Shown here: in pieces, positions 47,281 through 59,600 of the stretch
Numbering within the stretch: position 1 is the stretch's first letter
Layout of the letters: each line of letters opens with the position of its first letter
Origin: Oculina patagonica
Taxonomy: Eukaryota
Assembly: GCF_052425735.1 (NCBI RefSeq)
Contig: NC_135767.1
Span: 16,058,001 to 16,122,000, forward strand
Length of the DNA stretch: 64,000 bases
Direction of reading: 5' to 3'
The notes under the pieces: generated by a model
Told to the model about the DNA's origin: nothing
The model's input: only the letters and a program-made list of their open reading frames with translations
Database searches by the model: none
Program-made: the position numbers and the translations under genes

Positions 47281-50200
47281 GTAAGTATGCCTGATACATA
47301 AACATATATTTTTGACTCCTTTTCATTTCGGTCAATTTTGTTCAAATTTTAAATGCTGCATGCATTACCTTACATTACCTTTTTTTTTCAAGGACGGTTC
47401 GTTATTAACAAAACTTACAAAGACGCGATATTTTAATGGCCATTATTGCTTCGAAAATTGCTCAGTTCCAAATGACATATGAATCTTATCTTCTGGACTG
47501 AAATTCAAAATGTTACAAGCAACTGAGGTCGAAGGTTTCATATACTAGCCAATATATTAAAATATAATTAATGTGCCAATAAAATGTATGAGTCAAGTTT
47601 TTGACAGAGAAAATATTAAGTTATATGCACTGGATGAAAAACGATATGATGAACATAGCAGTCGGGCGGCGTTATCTAACTTCTACAGATCGTGCGGACA
47701 ATCTTGCGCCCGTATTTTAATAGTCCGTACGCCGATACATCCCAACAATATTTGTGCATATGTTTTTTTTTTTGAATTCATGTTTGTTTGTTTGCATTAA
47801 CATTATAATTCTAAATAATACATCGAGGGGACCTTTTTCTATTTTATTGTGCTAGATCAGCTACCAGGTCATTAAAATTATTCCGGTGGAATTTTACTAC
47901 ATTTGTGTTTCTTTCATTTTGAATTGAAGTCTGTTAACCAAAGTAAATAAATGTGTTGTTTTTGTTTTTGCTGTTGTTGGAGTATCACTCGGTTGTAGCA
48001 AATAAACTTCTCACTTTGTTTCGACAAAGAAAAACGAAAGTGTAGGCTCTCACCTGCATCTATTTAACAAATAGATTCCATTTTGCCGTGCGTCTGTTAG
48101 TTCTAGATCACTGATGGCGTCACAATGTGGTAAGAACAAAAGCGTAGCCCACGAGCTGCTAGGCAAGTGGGTCTCTGATGTTCTTACCACATTTTGACGT
48201 CTTCGGTGATCTATAAATAACTGAACAGACCCACGGAAAAATATTTTCTTTTATACAATAACAGAAGTCTTCAGTACACTTCAGTGTAAGCAATCGCGCT
48301 ACCGGTGAGCTAAATTTGTTTTCATTTCACGATAAAGTTTTCCGTAACCACGAAGCACTGTTAAGCCGATTTAATAAAATGGAAAATCAAAACATCAACG
48401 AAAAAACTAACCTTTATTCCATTTGGAAAGTTGTTAAAATCTGTGAACTTTAACCTCAGCGTTCAACTGTCATTCATAGATTTCTCGTGGAGTCGTCCAA
48501 CTCTTCAACATTGGACAAAAATCTTACAGATTTCGACAATTTTTTCGAATCATTCGCTGTCTACTTCAAGCTTGTTTAGCCCAGTTAAATGTTTCGAAAG
48601 GTGAACGATACCTGGCGGATCGTTTCTCGCTGTATATTTATAATTTAGCTGAACATTTTTGTTTTGCCGTGGCCTAGTGAGTTTGAAAAACTTTGCCGAC
48701 AACACCATACTAACAATGACAACACTGATTTGAACTATGAACTCTGATCATGCGCGTGAGTCACACCGCGCATTGACGTCATCTGTGCGTCTGTACTCAA
48801 ATAGAAAACAGGACATCAACCAATAACAACGCACGCAGTAGCTCAGTTATTTTATAAAACTCGATAGACGCCCGCTGAGCATAAAACAACTGTATGGGCC
48901 TGTTTAAATGGAAAAAACGTTGTCCCTGGTAGGCGGGTGGCCCTTCATGACGAGCCACCTCATGCCAGGCGAGAGAACATTTCATAAATCTCTTTGTAAG
49001 TGGCCGCGAAACGTCTTTATGAGAAATTCAAAACAGTGGCTTCAGTAGGCAGGGTGATCCCGGGTGGAGCAGCATTAGCATTGAAGGTAGGGTGAGCCTG
49101 GGGCCCGAGTCAACTTTTTTTTTTCCAGGTGAACACTTGGGCTGTTTTTGACTAGCTTACCTGGGACAAGTCTAGAGATATTGATTGCGCGTGAAATGGC
49201 AAATTTTATACTCGGTTGGCAAGGACAATATTTCTCATTTTAACGCCCGGTAAAAAAATTGCTCAGAGGAGAGGGCAACTCTCCTTCCAGGGCAATTGTT
49301 CTTCATACAAACAGGCCCTAAATCCCGTTATGCATCCCGAAGGGAGTCGCATTTTCTACTAGGATCCTACTTGAAAAGAAATTACTATCTCACCTGCCTA
49401 GCAAGAATCCTTGGTCTGCAAATATATTAAGAACGGTCAAAAAGCAAATCCCGAAAGGAGTGGCTAGATCTTTCAGATGAAATAAGCCACTCTTAGGTTG
49501 ACCCTGATTTTAAACTTCTTGTAAATCAAAAGACTACTGTTGGACTGTAACTTTTAAATTGGCGAACGTTGTTAATATCCTATATATGCTACAAAGCAAA
49601 ACATCTTACCTTGATCAAACTTGTGTAATTAAAAACCAGCACGACGTTGCAATACGTTCATGTGCTTATATACAGCTGTTTAGAAAAAGGTTATCCAACA
49701 GAAGCACAAGAGCGCACGCGACAAACCAAAAGGTATTATGGGTAGTTGTTCAGAATTGCTTTTTAGAAGCCGGGCGCGCATGAGCGAAGTAAGTTCACCG
49801 ACTGTGCTTTAGCAAAATGGCTAGAGAAACCATGAATAGAGATATTACAGGAAACATTGGCGGAAAGAATTTTTTCAGTTAAGCCTGGGTGATAAGAACG
49901 AATGTTAGTGTAGGCATCAGTTCAAGCTCTGCATATCGAAAGAAAAGAAACCACTCTGCTATGAAGGGAATCATCTTGTTTTGCTATTCAGTTTAAGTAA
50001 CGTCCAGTAAAGGAAGTGTGCCAGTGGAAAGAAAAGCGAGAGAATGCTGTTTTCTTTCCCCTTGCCATTTTAGCGCCAAGGCATGGCTATTGGGGCTCGT
50101 GGCAGAACTGGGGCAGTGTAGCTTGCCAAAGTGGTTATAAGACCAGATACCGCTACTGTAACAATCCTCCCCCAGCATACGGTGGATCTTACTGCAGAGG

Positions 50201-53200
50201 AATAAGTCGATCTGGAAGAAGAGATTGTGATGAATGTTCTCTTGGTTTGGCACAATGCGAGCATCTATGCAGTAACAGTTACGGTTCTTACAAATGCAGT
50301 TGTTATTCAGGTTATAAAACATCAACGCAAAACTGGAAAAGATGTGAAAGTAAGTACATTTCTGTACTAAAACGAAAACGCTGCTTACTGTTTAATGAAA
50401 CGACCTTAGAATTCAAACAACAGATGATCAAAGACATATAAGTTTACAAATTAACAAAACAATTTATAAAATAATATACAATTATGAGTTATAAATATAG
50501 TCGAACCTCTCCGTACGGACACCTCTCTAATACGGACACCTCTCTATTACAGACAATCTCCGATGTCCCGACAAAATTCTCATATATATTTTCTTAAAAA
50601 AAAAAACCCTCAATAATACGGACAGCGGACACTTAATCCTGGCTCCAGGGAACAAATTCATATAAATTTAACCTCTTTATTACGGACACTCCGGTGATTA
50701 GGCGGTGATATTTTGCGTTCGTAGCGCAATTTCCTGTTTGTGGTTACAAAAACAACAACGTAATGCTTTATTCCTCTTAGACGTTTTCGGATTTGTGCTA
50801 AGTGTAATTTTTTTACCAGAAGCATTGCTTTGCAGAGCATTTCAAACAACTAAATACCTTAAGCTGTTTATAAAGTCAACAGTGACGTCATAGTGGTGAC
50901 CTCTTTAACCCTTTCCCCCCCGAATTTCCCCCCAAAACGCGTTTTTTAACCGTTAAACTGCATTTTTGGTGCTATGACCTTGAATTTCCATAAACTGTGC
51001 TAGAAAAGCAATCTTCACACTGTAGCAACATTTTCATAACGATTCCATTAAAAAATGTACAATATTTCACTTTGGTGCATGCGCATAAGCCAAACTTTGG
51101 ACAATTACAAGCCTTGAGTTTTTGAGTACAGATTATGCTTCCAAAACGCATTGTGTTTTTCTTTGATTTGCTCTGTTAGAATGCAACCGATACTCAAAAT
51201 AAACAGTCCTGTAGAAAGGTCAATCCTAGCTCTATCAGCTCCTTATCCCAAATTCCACTGACGTGCTTATTGATGACGTCACAAGTGGTTCAATGACCGC
51301 GCCTTCAACTAGCGCCTAAAATGCGTGTTTATGAATGAAAGGGTTAATAACGATACCTCTTTATTACGGACACTTAACGCTCTCCCTTCGGTGACCGTAT
51401 TAGAGAGGTTCAACAGTATGATAACTTAGGACTTCTCACGCTTGTTGATAGCCTTAGTTCAATTGTTTGACCACTGACTGCTTGTCGATAAGGTTCGCCT
51501 TCCTAGTTTTGACTATAGTGTCACGAGCAGGCATAATGTATAAGGTCAGTCTGTTGTAAAAACTTCTATGAAGATAAATGATCGTCAGAAAGAAAATGGT
51601 CTGAAACTGTATTAGGTCTTGTCGATGGGGGTCGCCCTTTCACCTGGTTATCGGTGTTCATTGAAGGGGTCTTTTAAGAGCCCTCGTTTGTCTTGCCTAT
51701 AACTTCCGCTGCCGGCATTGTACCATAATTATAAATGATTTTTTATAGAGCTGCTGTCAATTTGATCAGGTATATAGGTTTGGTCTCCCCAGTACCAACG
51801 AGTGTATAGTCGATTTATTCGTCAGTGATGTAAGGGTAGGTAACACAATTAATCCCTCATCTATATATGTACCTATCAATTTTAGGAATCACCTGTAACA
51901 CAAATGACTGGCAATCCCCAAGCAACGGGAGGATGTCTTCACCTTGTCGTGGTAAACCCCAAGTGGTTGCTGGGACTTACTGCGTGGTCACGTGCAATCA
52001 TGGCTTTGAAATAGTTGGAAATGCAAGCTCTCTTTGTGAAAATGATGGCCACTGGAACCCTAACGCAACTGCAAATTGTCGAGGTCAGATGATCTGTTTT
52101 TGTGTCATAAGAAATGTTTTCTCAATAGGCAAAATAAGGGCCTTCTACACGATGCGATTTCCTCATTAGACCATCTCGTCATGAGATAACAACTTTGCAC
52201 AATTTGGCTGAAATTAAACGCATTATTTAGTGAAAGTTATGGTGGATTAATTATCAAATATTTAGTTAAACATTCACTTCCAATTTGAATCAAATAACCA
52301 TTTTGTAAGCGGAACGCTTCTGCCGTTTTGACTATAGCTGCCTATCCTACAAGATCTTCAACCGTGCCGCTTTTGAAATATATTTTTTTTAATGCAAACT
52401 CATACTTGTACTCCCTTGAAGAAAAGCTTGTTTGAGGTTTATAAGATGAAATAACGTAATTAATTTTTTCTCCATCCTCTGTCTTTACGGCTAATAGAGG
52501 AACTTAGTTGCGGGCTACCAGTAGAGTAGTTTTTGGCTAAGTGGAGTTCCACGTTAAATAAAGTATCTACATTTATCTACATCTACAACTGGCAACCTAG
52601 CAAACTTCAAAGGGGGAAAAAGGCTCTAAACCTACAGCTGGAAGGTCTACGATCCTGGGCAAACGTTTGTTAGGCACTGGAACACCTTTCTTGTAATGAT
52701 TCAAACATTTTCTGTTTGTTAGTTGCTCGGTCCCATACAGAGCCTGTTGTAGCTTTTTCACGGTCAAGCTCAAGAAGCGAACAAAAAAAAAAATGTTAAA
52801 CTTTTTACTGTGTATTAAACTTTGGTTCAGCTCACCATGTTTTTTTAATTTCAGTTCGTGCATGTCCTCCCTTAAACGTACCGGACAATGGACAAATCAC
52901 TCCTGCGATTTGTCAAACGAAACCATTACATGGTCAAAATTGTTCCTTTGAATGTAGTCCAGGCTACGCACGCTTTGGGCCCAACTCAAACACGTGTGAT
53001 AATGGGCATTGGAGAGAGGGAGGCTTTCACTGCCAAGGTAAGCTAACTCGAAACCTATGATATGATCATAAAAGCCATCTCAGTAGACTTGCTTAACAGC
53101 TCGTTGACTACTATTTAAGCAACAGACCGCACTTTCTAGGGCTTTACTGGCGTAATAAAACCACGCGGGATGTTGGGAGAACACGAGAAAAGCTTATAAA

Positions 53201-56200
53201 TTACAAGCCGTCAGGCGAGTGATTTACAAACTTTTCGAGTGTTCTGCCAACATCCCAAGTGGTTTTATCACGCCAGTAAAGCCCAAGAAAGTGCGGTTTA
53301 TTGCTTTAATGAAATAACTATGGAAAACGTGCGTCAAAGAAATGAGAATTTATTTTATATTCCGTGATCAAATGTCTTATTCTCATCATGCTCATCGGAT
53401 GACGCGGTAAACCAATCAGAGCGGCTGAAAGAATAAAAAACAGGTTCAACTCCACACACAAAATCTACGGATCGACGCGACAAAAACGCTTACAAGTTTT
53501 CTTAAAGCTATGAAAGTCATAAGAAAGGAAAGGAAGAAAGTAAACTGTCAAGGTACAAAATTGATTCAACGATTTTAAAGTTCTTTAACGTGGAAATCTA
53601 GCAAATTGTGACGGAGTTATTCATCACGAAAGTAAAAGACCACGAAAACTTTGCAAGTTTACAAATTTCACAGAATAAAGGTTAGTTCCAGAAACTCTGC
53701 TTTATAAATTTGTTTTGAATTTACTCATTCCGTCTTTCGTCGTTTACGCCAAATAACAGACTTGACAGAAAGCAATAAAAGTTTACTTCAAGCGCGTACA
53801 AGAACTGGGCGTAAGTTTTTGCCATCAAAATTATTAAAGTAAGCTTTCATTGCGATCAATTTGATGCAGTTTTATTCCTTTCAAATTACGTTACCGAGTA
53901 AATATTGAATAGAACGATATCCATGTTTTAATTGTGTTCCTTTTCATATGTTTGTCTCTACATTTTCATTTGTTTTCACTAGTTCCTTCGTTCGCTCGAA
54001 CTAAGGTGGGCGGGATTCACCGTCACAAAATTTTCATAATGATCATTTACGAGAGTCATATCCTCTGTTCTAACAATCAGATAGACTTANNNNNNNNNNN
54101 NNNNNNNNNNNNNNNNNNNNNNNNNNNNNNNNNNNNNNNNNNNNNNNNNNNNNNNNNNNNNNNNNNNNNNNNNNNNNNNNNNNNNNNNNNNNNNNNNNNN
54201 NNNNNNNNNNNNNNNNNNNNNNNNNNNNNNNNNNNNNNNNNNNNNNNNNNNNNNNNNNNNNNNNNNNATTGATCGTAACTGAGTAAAGGAGATAACTGAT
54301 TAAACATGTAACTGTGTGGCTGAATGGCATACTTCCTCACTAACGTACTTTTTCACAACTCACTAACGCACTACTTTGCTAACTTACCGGCTTACCTACG
54401 TATCATTTTGTTTTATCTTAAAAGACGTGGAAGCACCCTCATTTGGTGAAACCTGTCCAATTTCACAAAGTCTTCTCGCGGAGGAAGGGAAAACATCAGC
54501 CACAGTAAGCTGGGGACCAGTTAAAGCTACGGACAATGATCGAGCTATTATTACTGTGTTCCCCGACGTGACATCACCACACGTTTTTTCTGAGGGAAGC
54601 CACAACGTGACCTACACTGCTACAGATCCATCAAGAAACACGAAATTGTGCCACTTCCTAGTAACTGTTCGAGGTAAAATGACGTCAGTCATACGTCTAT
54701 CATTTCTTGAAACTTTATCTTTTATCGACAACTGATCTTTTGAAGTAATGTATATTATGCATTAAAAAAGGTTACACTCTGGTGCGCACATATAGGCCCT
54801 AGCCATATATTGATGTGTTTAACGATACTTTGGAGTACTATTTGTTTATTTATTGAAAAAAAAAATGATAGTATATGTTAAGCTTGGCTTTGGAATGGGC
54901 ACTAGACACTGTTATTGTGCCACTTTACTAGCATTGTGTCACTAACTGATAAGTTCTTTCTCATTTTGCAGCCAAGCTTAACAAATTAAACATTCCTATC
55001 CCTTTCCATACATTCCTAAAATTAAATGAACAAATTCAGTTTCAGAGGGGAGAAAGAAGAATAACCCGGAAAAAATCCCTTGGAGCAAGGACGAAAGCCA
55101 TTTACAATCTTAACCCAGATTTGACACCGGACCGCAATCTAATCTGTGTCGCATTGGAAAAAGGCGAGCTCTCACACGTCAGACTGCGCCACCCCCGCTC
55201 AACCACTATGCCTTGTTCCTAATCATCATCAAAAAATAATCCTGAAGTGTTGGGGAAGTTTATGTGACATTTGAACCTATTTATATTGGCTAGCTCACAT
55301 GAGTTTCCTGTAGCCCAGTGGTTGAGCATCCGACCGGAGTAGAAAAGGTCACAAATTCTACTCCAGTTGGAGAACTCGGAATTTTTATTTTATTATTTCT
55401 TCGGGAGGCGTGGTGGCCTAATGGTTAGTGCGCTCGACTCCGAGTCGAACGGCCCGGGTTCGAGGCCTGGCCGGGGCGCTGCGTTGTGTTCTTGGGCAAG
55501 ACACTTTACTCTCACAGCGCCTCTCTCCACCCAGGTGTATAAATGGGTATCGGCGAATTTACTGCTGGGGTAACCCTGCGATGGACTAGCATCCCATCCA
55601 GGGGGGAGTAGCAATACTCCTAGTCGCTTAATGCTACGGAAACCGGGATAAGCTCCGGCTGTATGAGCCTTATGGCTCGGACACAGACTTTACTATTCGC
55701 ATTATTTCTTTAGTAAATAGCCTGAAGCTCCCTATGGAAGATAATACGGTGATGTGACTAAATGTTGTGAAACGACAATTATGACTGCGATAAAAAGAAC
55801 CAGATATACCCGCCACTTTAGGCTATGTTTACACGGGACCGGTCCGGAACGGATCCGGTCCGATTTTCGGACCGGATAGGACTTCTGTTTACACGGAACC
55901 GTTCTGGAACCGGTCCGGAACGGATCCAAAACTGGACCTGCTAATTTGCAGGTCCAGTTATGGATCCGTTCCGGACCGGTTACAGAACGGTCCCGTGTAA
56001 ACACCTGGATCGGTTCCAAACGGTTCCATGTAAACAGGTCCGGTTCGGTTCGGAACGGTTCCGGACCGGTCCCGTGTAAACGAAGCCTTAGAGTCCTGCA
56101 TGACCAATTATTGTTACCATGAAAACCTTAGATGCCGTTTACAAACACTTGTAGAATCATCGTGTTTCCCAAAAATAAATATAAAGCTCCTACACGTTTT

Positions 56201-56582
56201 CGTATTCCGGAAAAAAAAATATACTGGAGGTAGCTTTTTTACGATAGAGCATCAACAATGACGACATACCCCGTTTTATGACGCGTCCGCTTTTCTAATA
56301 ATTTACCTCGACAGCTTATTATTACAAGTACTATTATTATTGTGATATTTTCACATTGGGTCACTCATCTTTCAGTTCTTCGATGCTCCGTGGTATTCGC
56401 ACCTGCAAACGGGAGGCTTGAGAATAATGGCTGTGGAAATGTGTTTGGAATCGTCTGCCGCTTTACGTGTTTTAAGGGGTATGAACTAAAGGGATCTGTT
56501 GAAAGAAAATGCGAAAGAAGAGAAGGAACAGATATAGTGTACTGGACGGGAAACGGAACTTCTTGCGAGGGTTAGTAACTAT

Positions 56583-56613
<31 letters not shown>

Positions 56614-56621
56614 TTGAGCAA

Positions 56622-56657
<36 letters not shown>

Positions 56658-56658
56658 A

Positions 56659-56694
<36 letters not shown>

Positions 56695-59600
56695 GAAACT
56701 GTAAAGGATTGCAGTCCAAAAGCTACAATTTTGTGCACTTTAAAGGAAAAAATCAAGAAAATTTACCGCTTAAAGAGCTACGCGCGCGCGCGACTGTTTT
56801 CTATCGGCGAATAGAAAACAGTGGGAGAACCAATCAGATTCGCGGATTTCCAATAGAACACAGCTGAGTTTCTACTAAATCAATATAGTCAATATGTTCT
56901 ACCGCAGATTAACTTCCAAGCGCTCCTATATTTTCTGAGTAAGTAATTCGGATAACCCTCGTAGAAATCCGTTTGCGTTCAAAAATTACACAGGCCGCTA
57001 CTCCCCCTACTGGCAAGGTTGAATAATACAGTTTTTATTTCTGAAAATGTAAACAAATAAACAAAAATGTATACCAATCAGGCAACATAATGTTTAGTTG
57101 TTTCCTCCCTTTTATGACTGCTGTTTGTGTTCTGTTTCGAATTTAGGTCCAACAATTTGAGAATTATTCCCCCTTTTAATGCAGCCTTAATCAGAATAGA
57201 AACTGTATATATGGATTTTCATTTTAAATCATTACGAGAATAATATCGGGCCCATTCGTCCATGTATTTTCGCCTGTGAAAGCATTTCCCGATCCCTACG
57301 AATATTTGACAGTTTCTAGTTAATTGAGTTATAATGTATTCGTTCCAGCTATCCGGTGTCCTTCCCTGCATACCCCTGATTACGCGATCAAGTCAGGGTA
57401 TGGCTGCGATGGCTTGAACGCTAGCTACAGCACCTCCTGCTTCTTCAGTTGCATGTTGGGATACGAGACTGTGGGAGGATCACAAAAAAGGACCTGTCTG
57501 GAGACTAGACAGTGGAGTGGGACCGAGCTTCAGTGCCAAGGTAACTGAGAGTGGTTGATATTTCTGAGGAAATCGACTAGTGTTACAAACGCTTTAAATA
57601 ATATATTTTATCAAAAGAATAATATTATCGTGTTTTTATACGTTTCACAGGAAAAGGATCTGTAGTTCTCACTACAACAATAGAGAACAAAGATATTTTG
57701 TTATTGCTGCAATAATTTTATAAAGAACAGTTTGCACTTTTTGTTAGTGCGTCTAACACATAACTATTTATTATAGGGCTGGTACCTGTGGTATCTTCGC
57801 TTGCAGTTTACTCTCTTAAATGGTCAGTGACCCCCTTTTTTCGACAGAGAGCTTTCTCTTTCAATTCTCTACAGTCTGCAAAAATAAACAGAAATTCATG
57901 TCGGAGATATAGAAAAAACTTAATATTTATGTTCACGTTATATCCAATCCTACCATCTTGCCCCGAGGGCAAATGTGATCGCTAAAAATAATGGCAACAA
58001 ACGTGGCCAGTCAAAGCAATTTGATTAATAGCTGTTTTAGTGTATACTTAAACAGTGAGATAAAATGACCCAAAAAAGGATGATTTTAAACTCATTAATT
58101 CCTGTTAACTATTACAATTTTCGCGCGAGAGTTTCTCGGAGGTGAATAGCAAAGGATATCCGGATTTTGAGTTGCCAATCAAAGCGCGCCAACAACGCTA
58201 TCCGCTGTTTTAGCATATACTAAATACAGGTAAGCAACATTTCGCAAAGAAAAAAATGTGTTTCGGGGATTAATTTGTAATACATCTAGACAAACAGACA
58301 CTGCTGCTATATTCAGTGATAAGGTCGAAATTTTCAGATTTTTTTTATGGTTCTTGTGGGCAACATATCTTTGCAATAATTTCTTTGTCTCCCTTTCTCC
58401 CTTATTTTTAATTTCTGATACGAGTAACCCATAATCTCACAGTGGTTATAGTTTAAGGAAAAAAATCAATGTTGGAAGATTTTCAGGCGAACGTCCTTAA
58501 ATTATCTGCCAATAAAAAAAATAAAAAATAAAAAACTTCTTTGGAAACGTTATCAGGGATCCAGGCATGTTTTTAAGGCAAAGTGTCAATAACAAAATTT
58601 CCGTCTGCAGCTCTTTTCAAGTTTCCTAGGGCTACTCAGGTCGTTACTCGGGTCGCCCAAGACACGGTACCCCGGTGTTTATAGAAAATATTTGCAGGGC
58701 TCCAATAAACAAAAAAGAGGGCTCCAGCCTTAAGAGCGAAACTTTGAGTGCTCCCGGGCTTCAACAATCCATCTTTTTCCTCTCCCCCTCCCCCCACCCC
58801 TTTGGTACCCCTAGTTTATCATTTAAGAAGAAACATGAGACAGATATATTACGAAAGACGGACATATGTCACCTGCTGCTCTGTTAAATACATTAATTTG
58901 AAGAAATTTGTTCTTTTGACTCAAAGCTATCACCTGTCCCCCTCTGACAATTCAATCAGAAGGACTGGACATCAGCCCACCATTCTGCACCAATGCAAGC
59001 GCTGTCATTCATTACGCATCGGAGTGCCGGTTCTCATGCAAGGGCGGATATCAACACCATGGGTCTGGACTGAAGACCTGTAATCAGTTCAAGACTTGGG
59101 CTCCACTGGGAAATCCGTGGTGTAAAGGTGAGTTGGGTAACTTACATTTTTCCACCGCGAAAGCCTACTTTACAATCTAAGGGCCATAAATATATCCCGA
59201 ATGAAATCTTGCGTTTTATTTTGACCAGTTGCAGAGCTTTGTCCTCGTCATCGATGCTTTATTAACTGAGCAAGGAAGTGATAAATGCAATGCGTTGCAG
59301 GAAAAATATGTTTCTTTTTTTATGAATAGTTGTTTTGTGTCATGATTTGTCATTGAGGTACAGCTTTTGTCTTCGTTTAAACATACACGTTGAACATAAA
59401 TATTAATACCAATTTTAACAAGCTCTATTGTAAGAGTTCTTGGCGCTTTTTATCTTTTTATCGTTGTAACAATTTAGCAATTTAATTTATTTTTAGCGAC
59501 ATTTTTAGCGTTTTTACCTTAATATAGTTTCATTTTTTTTTATTTACCAGTATTAATGTTTTATTTACCAACGACCCCACAAGCTATGTAGCTTTTTTAC

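Noticed and set aside
55403-55475. tRNA gene
   Set aside because: The tRNA-like head runs straight into a SINE body shared with 11367-11592; no proper acceptor stem or terminator
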